Shown here piece by piece: positions 40,938-50,729 of a DNA stretch of 64,000 bases; the stretch's first letter is position 1, and each line of letters opens with the position of its first letter. The translations under genes were made by a program, and so were the position numbers. Under the pieces are notes generated by a model that saw only the letters and a list, made by a program, of their open reading frames with translations, did not search any database and was not told the DNA's origin. The stretch comes from an uncultured Gammaproteobacteria bacterium. GTDB taxonomy: Bacteria; Patescibacteriota; Microgenomatia; UBA10105; UBA927. The stretch is from contig CAYMYO010000001.1 of the NCBI GenBank assembly GCA_964394685.1, forward strand, positions 128,132 to 192,131, written 5' to 3'.

Positions 40938-40995
40938 ATTGATTGCCTTGGAGAAGATTGAAGCTAAGTGATAACCCTGTCTTATAAATTCCCGC
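40938..40995. repeat. 58-bp direct repeat, copy 2
   Basis: ATTGATTGCCTTGGAGAAGATTGAAGCTAAGTGATAACCCTGTCTTATAAATTCCCGC compared with copy 1. Confidence 0.85.
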
Positions 40996-41020
40996 ATTCT
41001 TACGACAAAGAAATTAACAT

Positions 41021-42142
41021 TTACAAAAAAATTCCGCTTCTTCTCAGATTCCTTTTTATGGCAAGCAGCCATAAAATGAATGCTCCGATAAAGGGATGGG
41101 AGAACATCAGCATATGGGAATTTGTGAATGCTTCGGGAGTACGAATGTGAAATGACGTTAATGCGTATACAAGAACAAGCAATAATTTTTCTATCGTACT
41201 TGTTGTTGTGGCCCATAAGACAATCAAAAGCGGAATAAGAATAACGTAATGGTGAAACCATGAAAAACTGGAAAGAAACAGGAGAACTGAGAATATTAAT
41301 CCGAAATACGATAAGGATTTATTTTTTGATTTAAGAAATAAAAATAGCGAAGTAGTTGTAAAAATAAGTCTCAACAATAAACGGATGTCTGAGGAAAAGT
41401 GTAAACGCAATAAAAAACTATTGAGCGATTGATCAAAGTAGGCTCTCTCTCCTCCTTGAAGAAAAAGATTTCCGCCGATTACGCCGAAATACGAAGTTAC
41501 GATGGCAGGCGTAAAAATCAATAGTGTCAATCCCAGACCAACAAGAATAGTGATGACAAAACTCAGAATCGTTTTCCATTTCTTTTCCTTTATAAAAAAG
41601 AGAATGAGGAAACACGGAAAAATTTTGATAAGCGTTGCTATTCCAAGAAGAATCCCTGGCAACACGTCCCTGTTTTTTCGGAAAAAGTAAAAAGACGCGG
41701 TCAGCAGCAAAAGAATAACAAGATTGATCTGCCCGAGTGTCAGCGTAAATTTTACCGGAAAATATTGTATAAAACAACTTGAAAGAAGTAAAAATGTAGT
41801 TAACTTTTTTGTTTTCGTAAAAAGCATTCCGGTTAGGAGCCAGACAGCGATAAACAGACTGGCGAGAGAAGACAAAAGGAAAACAAAAGCAGTGATTGTT
41901 TTGGGAAAAAATGTCAACATGAGAAAGAAAGGCAAGCTTGTTGGCGGATAATTAAATGGAATTTGAGAGATATGTGGTTCATACACCTTTCCATGAACTA
42001 AAGCGGTTTTGGCGGCATTGATATAAACGCTCAAATCAACAAAATTATCCGAAAGATAAACAAAATATAGCTTATAAAGTTGCTGACCTAAGGCAGTAAC
42101 AAATATCAGAAAAAGAAAAATGTTAACGAAATTTTTCTTCAT
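41021..42142 (-). CDS. GT87/DUF2029-family membrane glycosyltransferase
   Basis: DLSVY, FNYPP, LGQIN, IKIFP, SWFHHY. Confidence 0.8.
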   Translation of the reverse strand: MKKNFVNIFLFLIFVTALGQQLYKLYFVYLSDNFVDLSVYINAAKTALVHGKVYEPHISQIPFNYPPTSLPFFLMLTFFPKTITAFVFLLSSLASLFIAVWLLTGMLFTKTKKLTTFLLLSSCFIQYFPVKFTLTLGQINLVILLLLTASFYFFRKNRDVLPGILLGIATLIKIFPCFLILFFIKEKKWKTILSFVITILVGLGLTLLIFTPAIVTSYFGVIGGNLFLQGGERAYFDQSLNSFLLRLHFSSDIRLLLRLIFTTTSLFLFLKSKNKSLSYFGLIFSVLLFLSSFSWFHHYVILIPLLIVLWATTTSTIEKLLLVLVYALTSFHIRTPEAFTNSHMLMFSHPFIGAFILWLLAIKRNLRRSGIFL

Positions 42143-42203
42143 AGTGTCTCTCTTTTTTATGATATCATAAGAACAACTAAATACAGTTTTTTATTGTAAA
42201 AAT

Positions 42204-43172
42204 ATGACAATTAACAAAATATGCCAGGTAAAACTCAAGCCGACTGCACCGTTTCATTTTGATGCAACGTTTCATAAGCCAGCTCATTTTGCTTCAGGAG
42301 ATAATTATTGGGAATCCGGTGCTCGATGGCAGACATTTCGTTTTTTGGAGAAAAATCTAGGCGTGGTGTTTAGAAATACTGGTTCTGTTGATAAGCCTTT
42401 TATAGAAGTTGAGATCTATAGCAGTAAAACATTGTCCAAAGAATTCGTCGATACATTTATCAACGAGATTAGATATAGATATAATCTTGACCTTGATCTT
42501 AATGATTTTTATAAGCGTTTCTTTAAAGATAAGATACTGGGTCCAGTAATCAAGAAAATTCGTGGAATGCGGCCTGGTCATCAGGATTCGCTTTATGAAT
42601 ACTTAATGATTGGTATTCTGTTACAAAATTGCACTGTTCGCAGGTCAATACAGATGATGCAGTCTCTTTTCGAAAAATACGGCACATTATTGGAATTTGC
42701 TGGAAAAAAACTGTGGTGTTTTTGGGAGCCGGGACATCTGAAAAATATTACAGAGGATGAGCTACGCGCATTAAAGCTAGGGTACCGTGCAAAATCTATT
42801 AAAAAGGTTGATGATTACTTTTCACAAGGTCTTATCAATGAAATGGACCTGCGGAAAAAAGATAAGGATACTCAGATGAAAGAGTTGTTAAAACTTTACG
42901 GTGTTGGACCAGCAACAGTTTGGTACCTATTGTTTGATGTATTTCATCATTTCGATTTTTTCAACCATATTTCTCCGTGGGAGCAAAAAATATATTCGAA
43001 ATTATTTTTTGGTAAAGATCCGGATAAACCAGTTCCCGTTGAAAAACTTCTAAAATATTTTGAGAAGTTTGGCGATTATAAGCAATTGGCTGTGCATTAT
43101 ATTTGGGAAGACTTGTGGTGGAAGCGGAAGAATGAACAAATACCGTGGCTAGAAAAATTAATTAGAACGTAA
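42204..43172 (+). CDS. HhH-superfamily DNA glycosylase (AlkA/Ogg-like)
   Basis: ILLQN, LRALKLGYRAK, LLKLYGVGPAT (HhH motif). Confidence 0.7.
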   Translation: MTINKICQVKLKPTAPFHFDATFHKPAHFASGDNYWESGARWQTFRFLEKNLGVVFRNTGSVDKPFIEVEIYSSKTLSKEFVDTFINEIRYRYNLDLDLNDFYKRFFKDKILGPVIKKIRGMRPGHQDSLYEYLMIGILLQNCTVRRSIQMMQSLFEKYGTLLEFAGKKLWCFWEPGHLKNITEDELRALKLGYRAKSIKKVDDYFSQGLINEMDLRKKDKDTQMKELLKLYGVGPATVWYLLFDVFHHFDFFNHISPWEQKIYSKLFFGKDPDKPVPVEKLLKYFEKFGDYKQLAVHYIWEDLWWKRKNEQIPWLEKLIRT

Positions 43173-43221
43173 ACCGATATTCATGATATGTAAACGCACA
43201 CTGTGATACGATATTTCATAT

Positions 43222-43668
43222 ATGGTATTTCTTCAAAAGAAGATTTCTTGGTTAATCCTTACTATATTTTTTGTTTTTGATAATGTGTTTTCGTATTACG
43301 CAGTTACTAAATTGCATGGTCGTGAGGCCAACTTGCTTATTGCACCATATGTAGAGAAGTGGCCGATTTTATATTTTTTTTGTATTCCCGCTCAGATACT
43401 CATTATTTGGATTATTGTTCGTGGAATTCGGAACGTAGCGATGAAACTATTTTACTTTAAAAATAAACTGTTATTAGAAACAATTATTCTTCAGTCTCTG
43501 GTGATTTATTGGGCAGTTGCTAATTCTTCTATGAATTTTGCCTTCATGATAGGGTATCGGCAATCTATTCAACGTTGGCATGTGCTAACCATTATTGGAA
43601 TATTATGTGCAATTATTAACTTTTTCTATTGTATAATTGGTATATGCAAAAAGAACAAACATGGATAA
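43222..43668 (+). CDS. Hypothetical four-TM membrane protein
   Basis: 148-aa hydrophobic ORF with D...SY...G.EAN motif; TGATACGAT upstream. Confidence 0.6.
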   Translation: MVFLQKKISWLILTIFFVFDNVFSYYAVTKLHGREANLLIAPYVEKWPILYFFCIPAQILIIWIIVRGIRNVAMKLFYFKNKLLLETIILQSLVIYWAVANSSMNFAFMIGYRQSIQRWHVLTIIGILCAIINFFYCIIGICKKNKHG

Positions 43669-45101
43669 ATAAAAATAGTTTTGTTTTGCTTCTTATCTGG
43701 TGTTTTGTGTTGACTATCCTTTACAGCACACTATCTATTCTTCGCCATATGCATTTTCAGTCCGGAGGATTTGATCTCGGGCTCTATGATCAGGCTGTAT
43801 GGAAATTCGGACATTTGCAAGGTGCATATAACACTGTGAAGCAACGGATTATCTTTGGCGACCATTTTGTTTTGACGCTTCCTTTATTTGGACTTCTTTA
43901 TTATATCTGGGATGATGTACGGCTACTCCTTATTATGCAGGCAGGAGCAATTGTGTTTTCAGCAATTCCCATGTTTCTTATTGCCAAACGAAGATTAAAT
44001 TCCAAAATTGCAGCGCTTTGTATTGCAGTTATCTATAGTCTGTTTTATGGAATCCAATACGGCGTGTATTTTGATTTCCACCCCATTCTTATTGGTGTAG
44101 CTATTCTTTCGTATCTTGCATACTTTTGGGAATCAGAGAAAAAGACGTTGTTTTGGATCACGTTGGTAATTGCTCTTGCAACACAAGAGAATATGGGAAT
44201 AGCTGTTACTGGACTTGCTGCTATCTTTTTTTTCCGAAAAAAACATTGGAAACAGGCAATTATCGTCGGAACTATTGGGCTTTTCTATAGTTTTATTTCA
44301 ATGAAAATTATTTCACGATTTTCACCAGTTGGTTATGAGTATGTACCACAATTGCCTACAACGGTGCGTGATGCGTTTTTACGATTGTTTGATAGTGAAG
44401 AAAAAAGACTGGTATGGCTGTATAGTTATTCGCAATTATCATTTGTGCCGCTTCTTTCTCCGGGAAGTCTGATAGCAGTCTTCATGGATGTATCCCAGTA
44501 TTTTGTAACAGGTCCTGAATTTAGCCGTATGTGGAGCCCGTTTATGCATCACAGGGCTATCCTGGCACCATTTCTTGTTTTGGGAACGATTGATGTACTT
44601 TCATATTTCAAAACTAAAATAAAATATATAACAATTATATCGCTTATACTGTTGATGATATCGCTTGGAACGCAATATTATTTTCATTTCCCCCTAAATA
44701 AACTCGTAAAAGCTGACTATTGGAAAGAAGAAGCGTGGATGAATGACACTCGTGCTATGGTTTTATCGATTCCAAAAGAATTCAGCATTGCCACTCAGCA
44801 AAATTTAGTTCCGCATCTAACGCACAGAAATGAAATATATCTTATTTATCCCAGAGAGCATAATATTACAGAATCTCCCTGCGGACAAACTCTTTGTTGG
44901 TGGTTGGATTTCGGTGGGAAACCAGAATATTTAGTAGTTGATACCAGACCAAATCAGTGGCTCACGCAAATATTGGAAACAAATGAAAATTGGAATGCAG
45001 CAATAACTAATATGGAACGAGTGGGTAGAATAGTGCTTGTTCGGCAAATTGGTTTTATGAAATTATTTAAAATTAATTATGATAAAGGTAACGTGTATTG
45101 A
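43644..45101 (+). CDS. DUF2079-family (GT-C-like) membrane protein
   Basis: FDLGLYDQAVW, FGDHF, FDFHP, PHLTHR..IY. Confidence 0.75.
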   Translation: MQKEQTWINKNSFVLLLIWCFVLTILYSTLSILRHMHFQSGGFDLGLYDQAVWKFGHLQGAYNTVKQRIIFGDHFVLTLPLFGLLYYIWDDVRLLLIMQAGAIVFSAIPMFLIAKRRLNSKIAALCIAVIYSLFYGIQYGVYFDFHPILIGVAILSYLAYFWESEKKTLFWITLVIALATQENMGIAVTGLAAIFFFRKKHWKQAIIVGTIGLFYSFISMKIISRFSPVGYEYVPQLPTTVRDAFLRLFDSEEKRLVWLYSYSQLSFVPLLSPGSLIAVFMDVSQYFVTGPEFSRMWSPFMHHRAILAPFLVLGTIDVLSYFKTKIKYITIISLILLMISLGTQYYFHFPLNKLVKADYWKEEAWMNDTRAMVLSIPKEFSIATQQNLVPHLTHRNEIYLIYPREHNITESPCGQTLCWWLDFGGKPEYLVVDTRPNQWLTQILETNENWNAAITNMERVGRIVLVRQIGFMKLFKINYDKGNVY

Positions 45102-45118
45102 TATAATATCTTCTAGAT

Positions 45119-47947
45119 ATGTCTACCTCACTTAAAATCACTAATTTTCAGGAAAAAATAGACCTAGCGAAAAAAGAGCATGAGGTATTAACGTTTTGGG
45201 ATGAAACGAAAGCGTTTGAGATGTCAGTATCCAGTAGACCCGAATACAAACGATATGTATTTTATGACGGACCTCCATTTGCTACAGGCCTTCCGCATTA
45301 CGGACATATTCTTGCGTCAACGGTTAAGGACGTATTTCCGCGGTACTTTACCATGAAAGGGTATCGAGTTGAACGGGTATGGGGTTGGGATTGTCATGGG
45401 CTTCCTATTGAAAATATCATCGAAAAGGAACTCAATTTGAAAGGCGGAAAAAAAGGGATTGAAGCGTTGGGAATTGATATATTTAATGCGGCATGTCGCG
45501 CTGCGATACTACGATTTGATCGCGAATGGGAAAAAGTCATACGGAGAATTGGCCGATGGGTTGACTTTACTCATTCCTACAAAACCATGGATATGAAATA
45601 TATGGAGTCTGTCTGGTGGGCGTTTAAAACACTTTTTGAAAAAGGACTTGTGTATGAGGGGCGGAAAGTTATTTTGTATTGTCCCAGATGCGCAACACCA
45701 TTATCCAATTTTGAAATTGCGATGGACAACAGTTACAAAGACATTGACGAACCATCAACAACGTATAAATTTAAAGCTTCGGATGCAAAAGACACTTATT
45801 TTCTTGCCTGGTCTACGACCCCATGGAATAAGCTGGTCACAACAGCTCTTGCAGTTAATCCGAATTTTACGTATGTCTATGTAAAACAAGGAAATGAAAC
45901 ATATGTATTGGCTGAGACAAGACTTTCGATGCTTATTGATTCACCATGCGAGATCGTAAAAAAAGTTCAGGGATCAGAACTTCACGGCATGAAGTATGAA
46001 GCGCTCTATGATTTTTATCCAAACCGAACAAAGGACGAGCAGGCCTTTATTGTTGTCGCTGATGAATACGTTACGGCAACAGAAGGAACAGGTATTGTCA
46101 CTCTTGCTGTGTATGGAGAAGAAGATTACCGGGTTATGAAAAAACATCACATTCAACTAGCTGAGCATGTTGATATGGAAGGAAAACTGAAAAAAGAGGT
46201 TACGCCATGGCAAGGAATGTATATAGTAAAAGCTAATCCTCTTATCGATGAAGATCTTAAAAAACGTGGTCTTCTATATAAAGAGGAACACATAACGCAC
46301 AGTGTTCCTACGTGTTACCGATGTGAAACACGACTTTATTATGCGCCAATTCCAGCTTGGTTTATTGATGTGCAAAAGATGAAATCAGATCTTATCGCAC
46401 AAAACAAGCATATTCATTGGTATCCGGAGTATTTAAAAGAAGGAAGATTCGGAAAGGGGCTTGAACAAGCGCCTGATTGGAACATTTCAAGAAGCAGATA
46501 TTGGGGAACACCGATGCCAGTATGGAAAAATCAGGAATCGATACGTATGATTGAATCGATAGAAGAGTTAAGGAAATGGGCAGTAGATATTGATAAAGTG
46601 TCAAAGCTTACAGACATCCATAGGGAATATTTGGATGATATTGAAGTATGGGTTGACGATGCAAAGACAATCAAGGGGAGAAGAATTCCTGAAGTTTTTG
46701 ATTGTTGGGTGGAATCCGGCAGTATGCCGTATGCATCCATTCACTATCCATTTGAAAACAAGGAAAAATTTGAGTCCACGCACCCGGCGCAATTTATTTC
46801 TGAATATATCGCGCAAACCCGCGCATGGTTTTATACGCTTCACGTGATGTCAGTTGGTTTATTTGGAACCCATACATTTGAACATGCGGTAACGTCAGGA
46901 ACAATACTTGCTGAAAACGGGGATAAAATGAGTAAATCAAAACGCAATTTTCCAGATCCATCGCTTGTGTTTGAAAAATACGGCGTGGATGCCTTGCGAT
47001 TTTATCTTATGAATTCTGTTGTCATGAAAGCAGAAAATATTAATTTTTCAGAAGACGGTGTCAAGGAAGTGTATCAGAAAATTATTAGTATTTTATGGAA
47101 TGTTTGCACCTTTTATAAACTGTATGTTCCCGGTAAAGTTATTGTTGAACCTAAATCAAAACACGTATTAGATAGATGGATAGTCAGTCGAACAAATTCT
47201 CTTATTATTGCGGTGACAACGGCATTAGATGCATATGATACGGTTTTCGCATGTCACGAAATAAGTAATTTTATTAGTGATTTGTCAACATGGTATGTTC
47301 GAAGAAGTCGTGATCGAATAAAATCTGATGCGATAACTCAGCAAACATTAGGATGGGTATTAACAACTCTTTCTAGAGTCATGGCCCCAATTACACCATT
47401 TATCAGCGAACTTATTTATCAAAACGTCGTAGGTGAAGGAAAGTCTGTTCATCTTGCATTATGGCCGAAAGCAAATGGAGTAAGTGATGCCGGTCTTGAA
47501 CATGATATGGTGTTTGTCCGGCAGCTTGTTGAACAAATTCATGCCGTAAGAAAAGAAAAGGGCATCCCTGTCAAACAACCGCTTTCAAAAGTAACTATAT
47601 ATTCTAAAAAAAATAATATTTCTCCGGAATTCGAAGTATTGATCCTGGAGGAAGTAAACATCAAAGCAGTTGTTTGGGGGGCTAGTGAAAAAGAATTACG
47701 AATAGAACTTGATACGACAATAACGCCGGAATTGAAGGCTGAAGGAGACGTGCGGGAACTGATTCGGGCGGTGCAGAATGTACGTAAGACTCAAAAGCTT
47801 GGAATTACACAGCACATTCCAACACTGCAAATACCAAATATGTACAAACATCTAACAGAAACGCAAATTACGCATATTCAAAAGATAACGCTTTCAGATA
47901 CAATTGTATGGAACGACACCCTCGCTATTACGACTGGTCAACAATAA
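45119..47947 (+). CDS. ileS: Isoleucine--tRNA ligase (type 2, archaeal/eukaryote-like)
   Basis: DGPPFATGLPHYGH, GWDCHGLP, WSTTPW, DWNISRSRYWGTP, QTRAWF, KMSKS; no C-terminal Zn finger. Confidence 0.95.
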   Translation: MSTSLKITNFQEKIDLAKKEHEVLTFWDETKAFEMSVSSRPEYKRYVFYDGPPFATGLPHYGHILASTVKDVFPRYFTMKGYRVERVWGWDCHGLPIENIIEKELNLKGGKKGIEALGIDIFNAACRAAILRFDREWEKVIRRIGRWVDFTHSYKTMDMKYMESVWWAFKTLFEKGLVYEGRKVILYCPRCATPLSNFEIAMDNSYKDIDEPSTTYKFKASDAKDTYFLAWSTTPWNKLVTTALAVNPNFTYVYVKQGNETYVLAETRLSMLIDSPCEIVKKVQGSELHGMKYEALYDFYPNRTKDEQAFIVVADEYVTATEGTGIVTLAVYGEEDYRVMKKHHIQLAEHVDMEGKLKKEVTPWQGMYIVKANPLIDEDLKKRGLLYKEEHITHSVPTCYRCETRLYYAPIPAWFIDVQKMKSDLIAQNKHIHWYPEYLKEGRFGKGLEQAPDWNISRSRYWGTPMPVWKNQESIRMIESIEELRKWAVDIDKVSKLTDIHREYLDDIEVWVDDAKTIKGRRIPEVFDCWVESGSMPYASIHYPFENKEKFESTHPAQFISEYIAQTRAWFYTLHVMSVGLFGTHTFEHAVTSGTILAENGDKMSKSKRNFPDPSLVFEKYGVDALRFYLMNSVVMKAENINFSEDGVKEVYQKIISILWNVCTFYKLYVPGKVIVEPKSKHVLDRWIVSRTNSLIIAVTTALDAYDTVFACHEISNFISDLSTWYVRRSRDRIKSDAITQQTLGWVLTTLSRVMAPITPFISELIYQNVVGEGKSVHLALWPKANGVSDAGLEHDMVFVRQLVEQIHAVRKEKGIPVKQPLSKVTIYSKKNNISPEFEVLILEEVNIKAVVWGASEKELRIELDTTITPELKAEGDVRELIRAVQNVRKTQKLGITQHIPTLQIPNMYKHLTETQITHIQKITLSDTIVWNDTLAITTGQQ

Positions 47948-48960
47948 TAGTGTTATTGTTGTTGACTGTTTTTGGATTATTTATTCTACTGACCGTTAAT
48001 TCTGCTCTTTTTTATCAGCAACTGCTTTATAGCGGTATCGGTCTCGTTCTTCTATTGGTTATTTCAAAAATAGATCCGATACTCCTTACCTGGTTTGTCC
48101 CTTTTGGGTATATCGGCAGTATTCTTTTTTTAGCTCTTTCCTATATTGGTCCCGCAATCCGCGGAGCGCATCGCTGGATTCTGATTGGTCAACAACAAAT
48201 TCAACCATCGGAAATAGTGAAACCCGTACTTTTGCTTGTATTTGCATATCTCATTACGAAATTTCCTCCAAAAAAACTGCCCGAGATACTATTCCATTCA
48301 ATTATTTTTTTCATTCCATTCTTTCTTGTTTTTCGGCAGCCGGATTTAGGTACAAGTTTAGTATATGTTGCCATGTGGGGAGCAATGATGATCATGGGAG
48401 GATTTCCGCTCGTTCTTTTTTTTGGCGGAATCGGAACGACAGTAGCAGGGCTTCCGATACTATGGAATCTGTTGGCTTCCTATCAAAAATCGAGAATTAT
48501 TACGTTTCTTGATCCCATGCTTGATCCGCAAGGGGCAGGATATAACGCAATCCAAGCAGTTATTGCAATAGGAAGCGGCCAATGGTTCGGGCGGGGATTG
48601 GGATTGGGAACACAAAGTCATTTACGGTTTTTACCTGAATATTATACTGATTTTATGTTTGCTACTCTTGTAGAAGAATTAGGGTTTGTTGGAGGAGCGA
48701 TACTCCTTGTTCTTTATACCATATTATTATGGAATATCATAAAACCGCTGATTAAGAACACCATTGTGGGAAGATTACCGGTCATTTATACGATAGGTGT
48801 TTTTACGATGCTTCTTACTCAAATTGCGATAAATAGCGGGATGAACATGGGAATTCTCCCTATTACTGGTATTACACTGCCGCTCGTGTCGTATGGAGGC
48901 AGTTCACTTCTATCCATAGCTCTGAGTTTTGGAATACTCCGGGCAATTGCATTTGAATAA
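47908..48960 (+). CDS. rodA: SEDS protein RodA
   Basis: GAHRWI, QPSE..K, QPDLGT, GTQSHLRFLPE..TDF, LPLVSYGGSS. Confidence 0.85.
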   Translation: MERHPRYYDWSTIIVLLLLTVFGLFILLTVNSALFYQQLLYSGIGLVLLLVISKIDPILLTWFVPFGYIGSILFLALSYIGPAIRGAHRWILIGQQQIQPSEIVKPVLLLVFAYLITKFPPKKLPEILFHSIIFFIPFFLVFRQPDLGTSLVYVAMWGAMMIMGGFPLVLFFGGIGTTVAGLPILWNLLASYQKSRIITFLDPMLDPQGAGYNAIQAVIAIGSGQWFGRGLGLGTQSHLRFLPEYYTDFMFATLVEELGFVGGAILLVLYTILLWNIIKPLIKNTIVGRLPVIYTIGVFTMLLTQIAINSGMNMGILPITGITLPLVSYGGSSLLSIALSFGILRAIAFE

Positions 48961-48966
48961 CGCCCC

Positions 48967-48975
48967 TGATACAAT
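48967..48975 (+). promoter_or_regulatory. Extended -10 promoter, 7 nt before the rplU ATG
   Basis: TGATACAAT-ACCAAGC-ATG. Confidence 0.55.
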
Positions 48976-48982
48976 ACCAAGC

Positions 48983-49291
48983 ATGTTTGCAACAGTTGTC
49001 ATAGCAGGAAAACAGTATGTTGTCGCTCCGGGCGATATAATTATCGTGGATCATATCGATGGAATTGTCGGCGATGCAAAGGTTTTTGATACCGTGCTTT
49101 TGTATAACGACGGTAAAAAAACAGAGGTAGGTATGCCAACAGTTAAGAGTGTGAAAGTTACCGCAAAAATTACTTCCCAAGAAAAAGGCGAAAAACTTCA
49201 TGTTAGGCGGTATAAACACAAAGTTCGATATCGGAAATCAACTGGATTTCGTGCACATGAAACCACATTACTTATTGAAAAAATTGGTTAA
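48983..49291 (+). CDS. rplU: 50S ribosomal protein L21
   Basis: MFATVVIAGKQY.V, RYK.K..YRK..GFR. Confidence 0.92.
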   Translation: MFATVVIAGKQYVVAPGDIIIVDHIDGIVGDAKVFDTVLLYNDGKKTEVGMPTVKSVKVTAKITSQEKGEKLHVRRYKHKVRYRKSTGFRAHETTLLIEKIG

Positions 49292-49294
49292 TCC

Positions 49295-50452
49295 ATGACG
49301 CCTCGTTTATATTTTTTAGGAAGAACCCCTGAGCTTTCTATTGCTGAACTTTCCTCATTTGTATCTTCCGTTATCTCTATTCAGCCAGATATTGTTCAAA
49401 TAGATGGTCCATGTATTGCGAATGGATCGACTCTCAGTGATGTAGATAGCATAAACCTGTTGGGCGGAGTGGTAAAAATCGCAGAGATACTTGAGCATAC
49501 TGACACTCTTGATTCGACGCGCCTCATTACTCATTTGAAACAATCAAAAAATAAAAAGGCATTTGCAATTAGCGGCTATGGCGTCGATAGAAAAACTATA
49601 ACAACATTGGATCAAGAGATAAAAGATCTCTTCAGTTCGTCACATATTGCATCTCGATTTTTACTCCCACACAACGGAAGCGTTGTTTCATCAGTAGCTA
49701 TCGTAAAAGAGCACATTGAAGAGCTTGTAATTGTTAAGGATGCATCCGGATATATCATCGGCAAAACAACAGCAATTCAACCATTTGAGCAATGGAACCA
49801 GCGTGATTATGAGCGTCCGTTTTCGGATCCCAAAGCTGGTATGCTTCCTCCGAAAGTTGCACGCATGGCGGTAAATATGGGACTGGGATCAGACAGTGTT
49901 GGAAAAACTCTGTTAGATCCATTTTGCGGCATGGGTACAATTTGTGCTGAAGCAGCCATTCGGGGGGTGAATGCAATTGGAAGTGATATTGATTACAAGT
50001 CTGTTGAAAAAGCGAAAAAAAACATGTCGTGGCTGCTTTCTCGATATAAACTTGCCTCATCAGTACGGATATTTCAGGCTGATGCAACGCACATAGATGA
50101 ACATATTGATAAAAGTTCAATTGATACCATAGTAACGGAACCACTGCTCGGTCCTACAAAGCTGGGAGAGGAAAGCATTCATGACGCCCGTGAAATACAA
50201 AATATAGTTAAAGGCCTCGAAAAATTATATATAGGATGTTTTCGATCTTGGACGAATATACTTAAAAATAACGGAGTTGTGGTCATTGCTCTGCCATCGT
50301 TTACCATGGGTAAAACTGTCTATAGTGTGAAAAAAGTTGTTGACACGTGTGAAACGCTTGGGTATACTAAGTTGCTTGGACCAATAACGTACGGAAGGCC
50401 GCAAGCAGTAGTACGAAGAAATTTTTATTTATTTAAATATGGCACACGTTAA
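49295..50452 (+). CDS. SAM-dependent RNA methyltransferase, Trm11/TrmG10-like
   Basis: MLPPKVAR.AVN, LLDPFCG.GTI, GSDID, DAT, IVTEP.LG. Confidence 0.7.
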   Translation: MTPRLYFLGRTPELSIAELSSFVSSVISIQPDIVQIDGPCIANGSTLSDVDSINLLGGVVKIAEILEHTDTLDSTRLITHLKQSKNKKAFAISGYGVDRKTITTLDQEIKDLFSSSHIASRFLLPHNGSVVSSVAIVKEHIEELVIVKDASGYIIGKTTAIQPFEQWNQRDYERPFSDPKAGMLPPKVARMAVNMGLGSDSVGKTLLDPFCGMGTICAEAAIRGVNAIGSDIDYKSVEKAKKNMSWLLSRYKLASSVRIFQADATHIDEHIDKSSIDTIVTEPLLGPTKLGEESIHDAREIQNIVKGLEKLYIGCFRSWTNILKNNGVVVIALPSFTMGKTVYSVKKVVDTCETLGYTKLLGPITYGRPQAVVRRNFYLFKYGTR

Positions 50453-50729
50453 AGCAGGAGGAGTAGCAAAAGGAAATAAAGATTCAGTTTCAAAGCGGTT
50501 AGGCGTGAAAGTATACGGCGCACAGTTTGCAAAAGCAGGAAGCATCATCATTCGTCAAAAAGGTACAAAAGTGTATCCGGGACTCAATGTCGCGATGGGA
50601 AAAGACTTCACCATTTCTTCTCGTATAGCTGGAATTGTGCAATTTGGCGTAAAACAAGGTAAAAAAATGGTATCTGTCATGCCTACCGGCAGACAGGTCT
50701 TGCCCGCGCAAAGAGGTGGCAATGGCTGA
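50439..50729 (+). CDS. rpmA: 50S ribosomal protein L27
   Basis: MAH.KAGG, DS.SKRLGVK, GSIIIRQ.GT, GKDFTI; MPTGRQV insert near the C-terminus. Confidence 0.95.
   Translation: MAHVKAGGVAKGNKDSVSKRLGVKVYGAQFAKAGSIIIRQKGTKVYPGLNVAMGKDFTISSRIAGIVQFGVKQGKKMVSVMPTGRQVLPAQRGGNG
50678..50699. repeat. Family-A palindromic element (3 mismatches), in frame in rpmA
   Basis: CATGCCTACCGGCAGACAGG(TC); removing 50679-50699 gives VSVLPA. Confidence 0.75.

Noticed and set aside
40899-41261. 120-aa minus-strand ORF covering the second 58-bp repeat
   Set aside because: It mostly overlaps the GT87 gene out of frame, and the substitution pattern between repeat copies favours a different frame.
50337-50356. parS-like sequence upstream of parB (GTTGACACGTGTGAAAC)
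   Set aside because: It does not fit the 16-bp TGTTNCACGTGAAACA spacing and lies in coding sequence.
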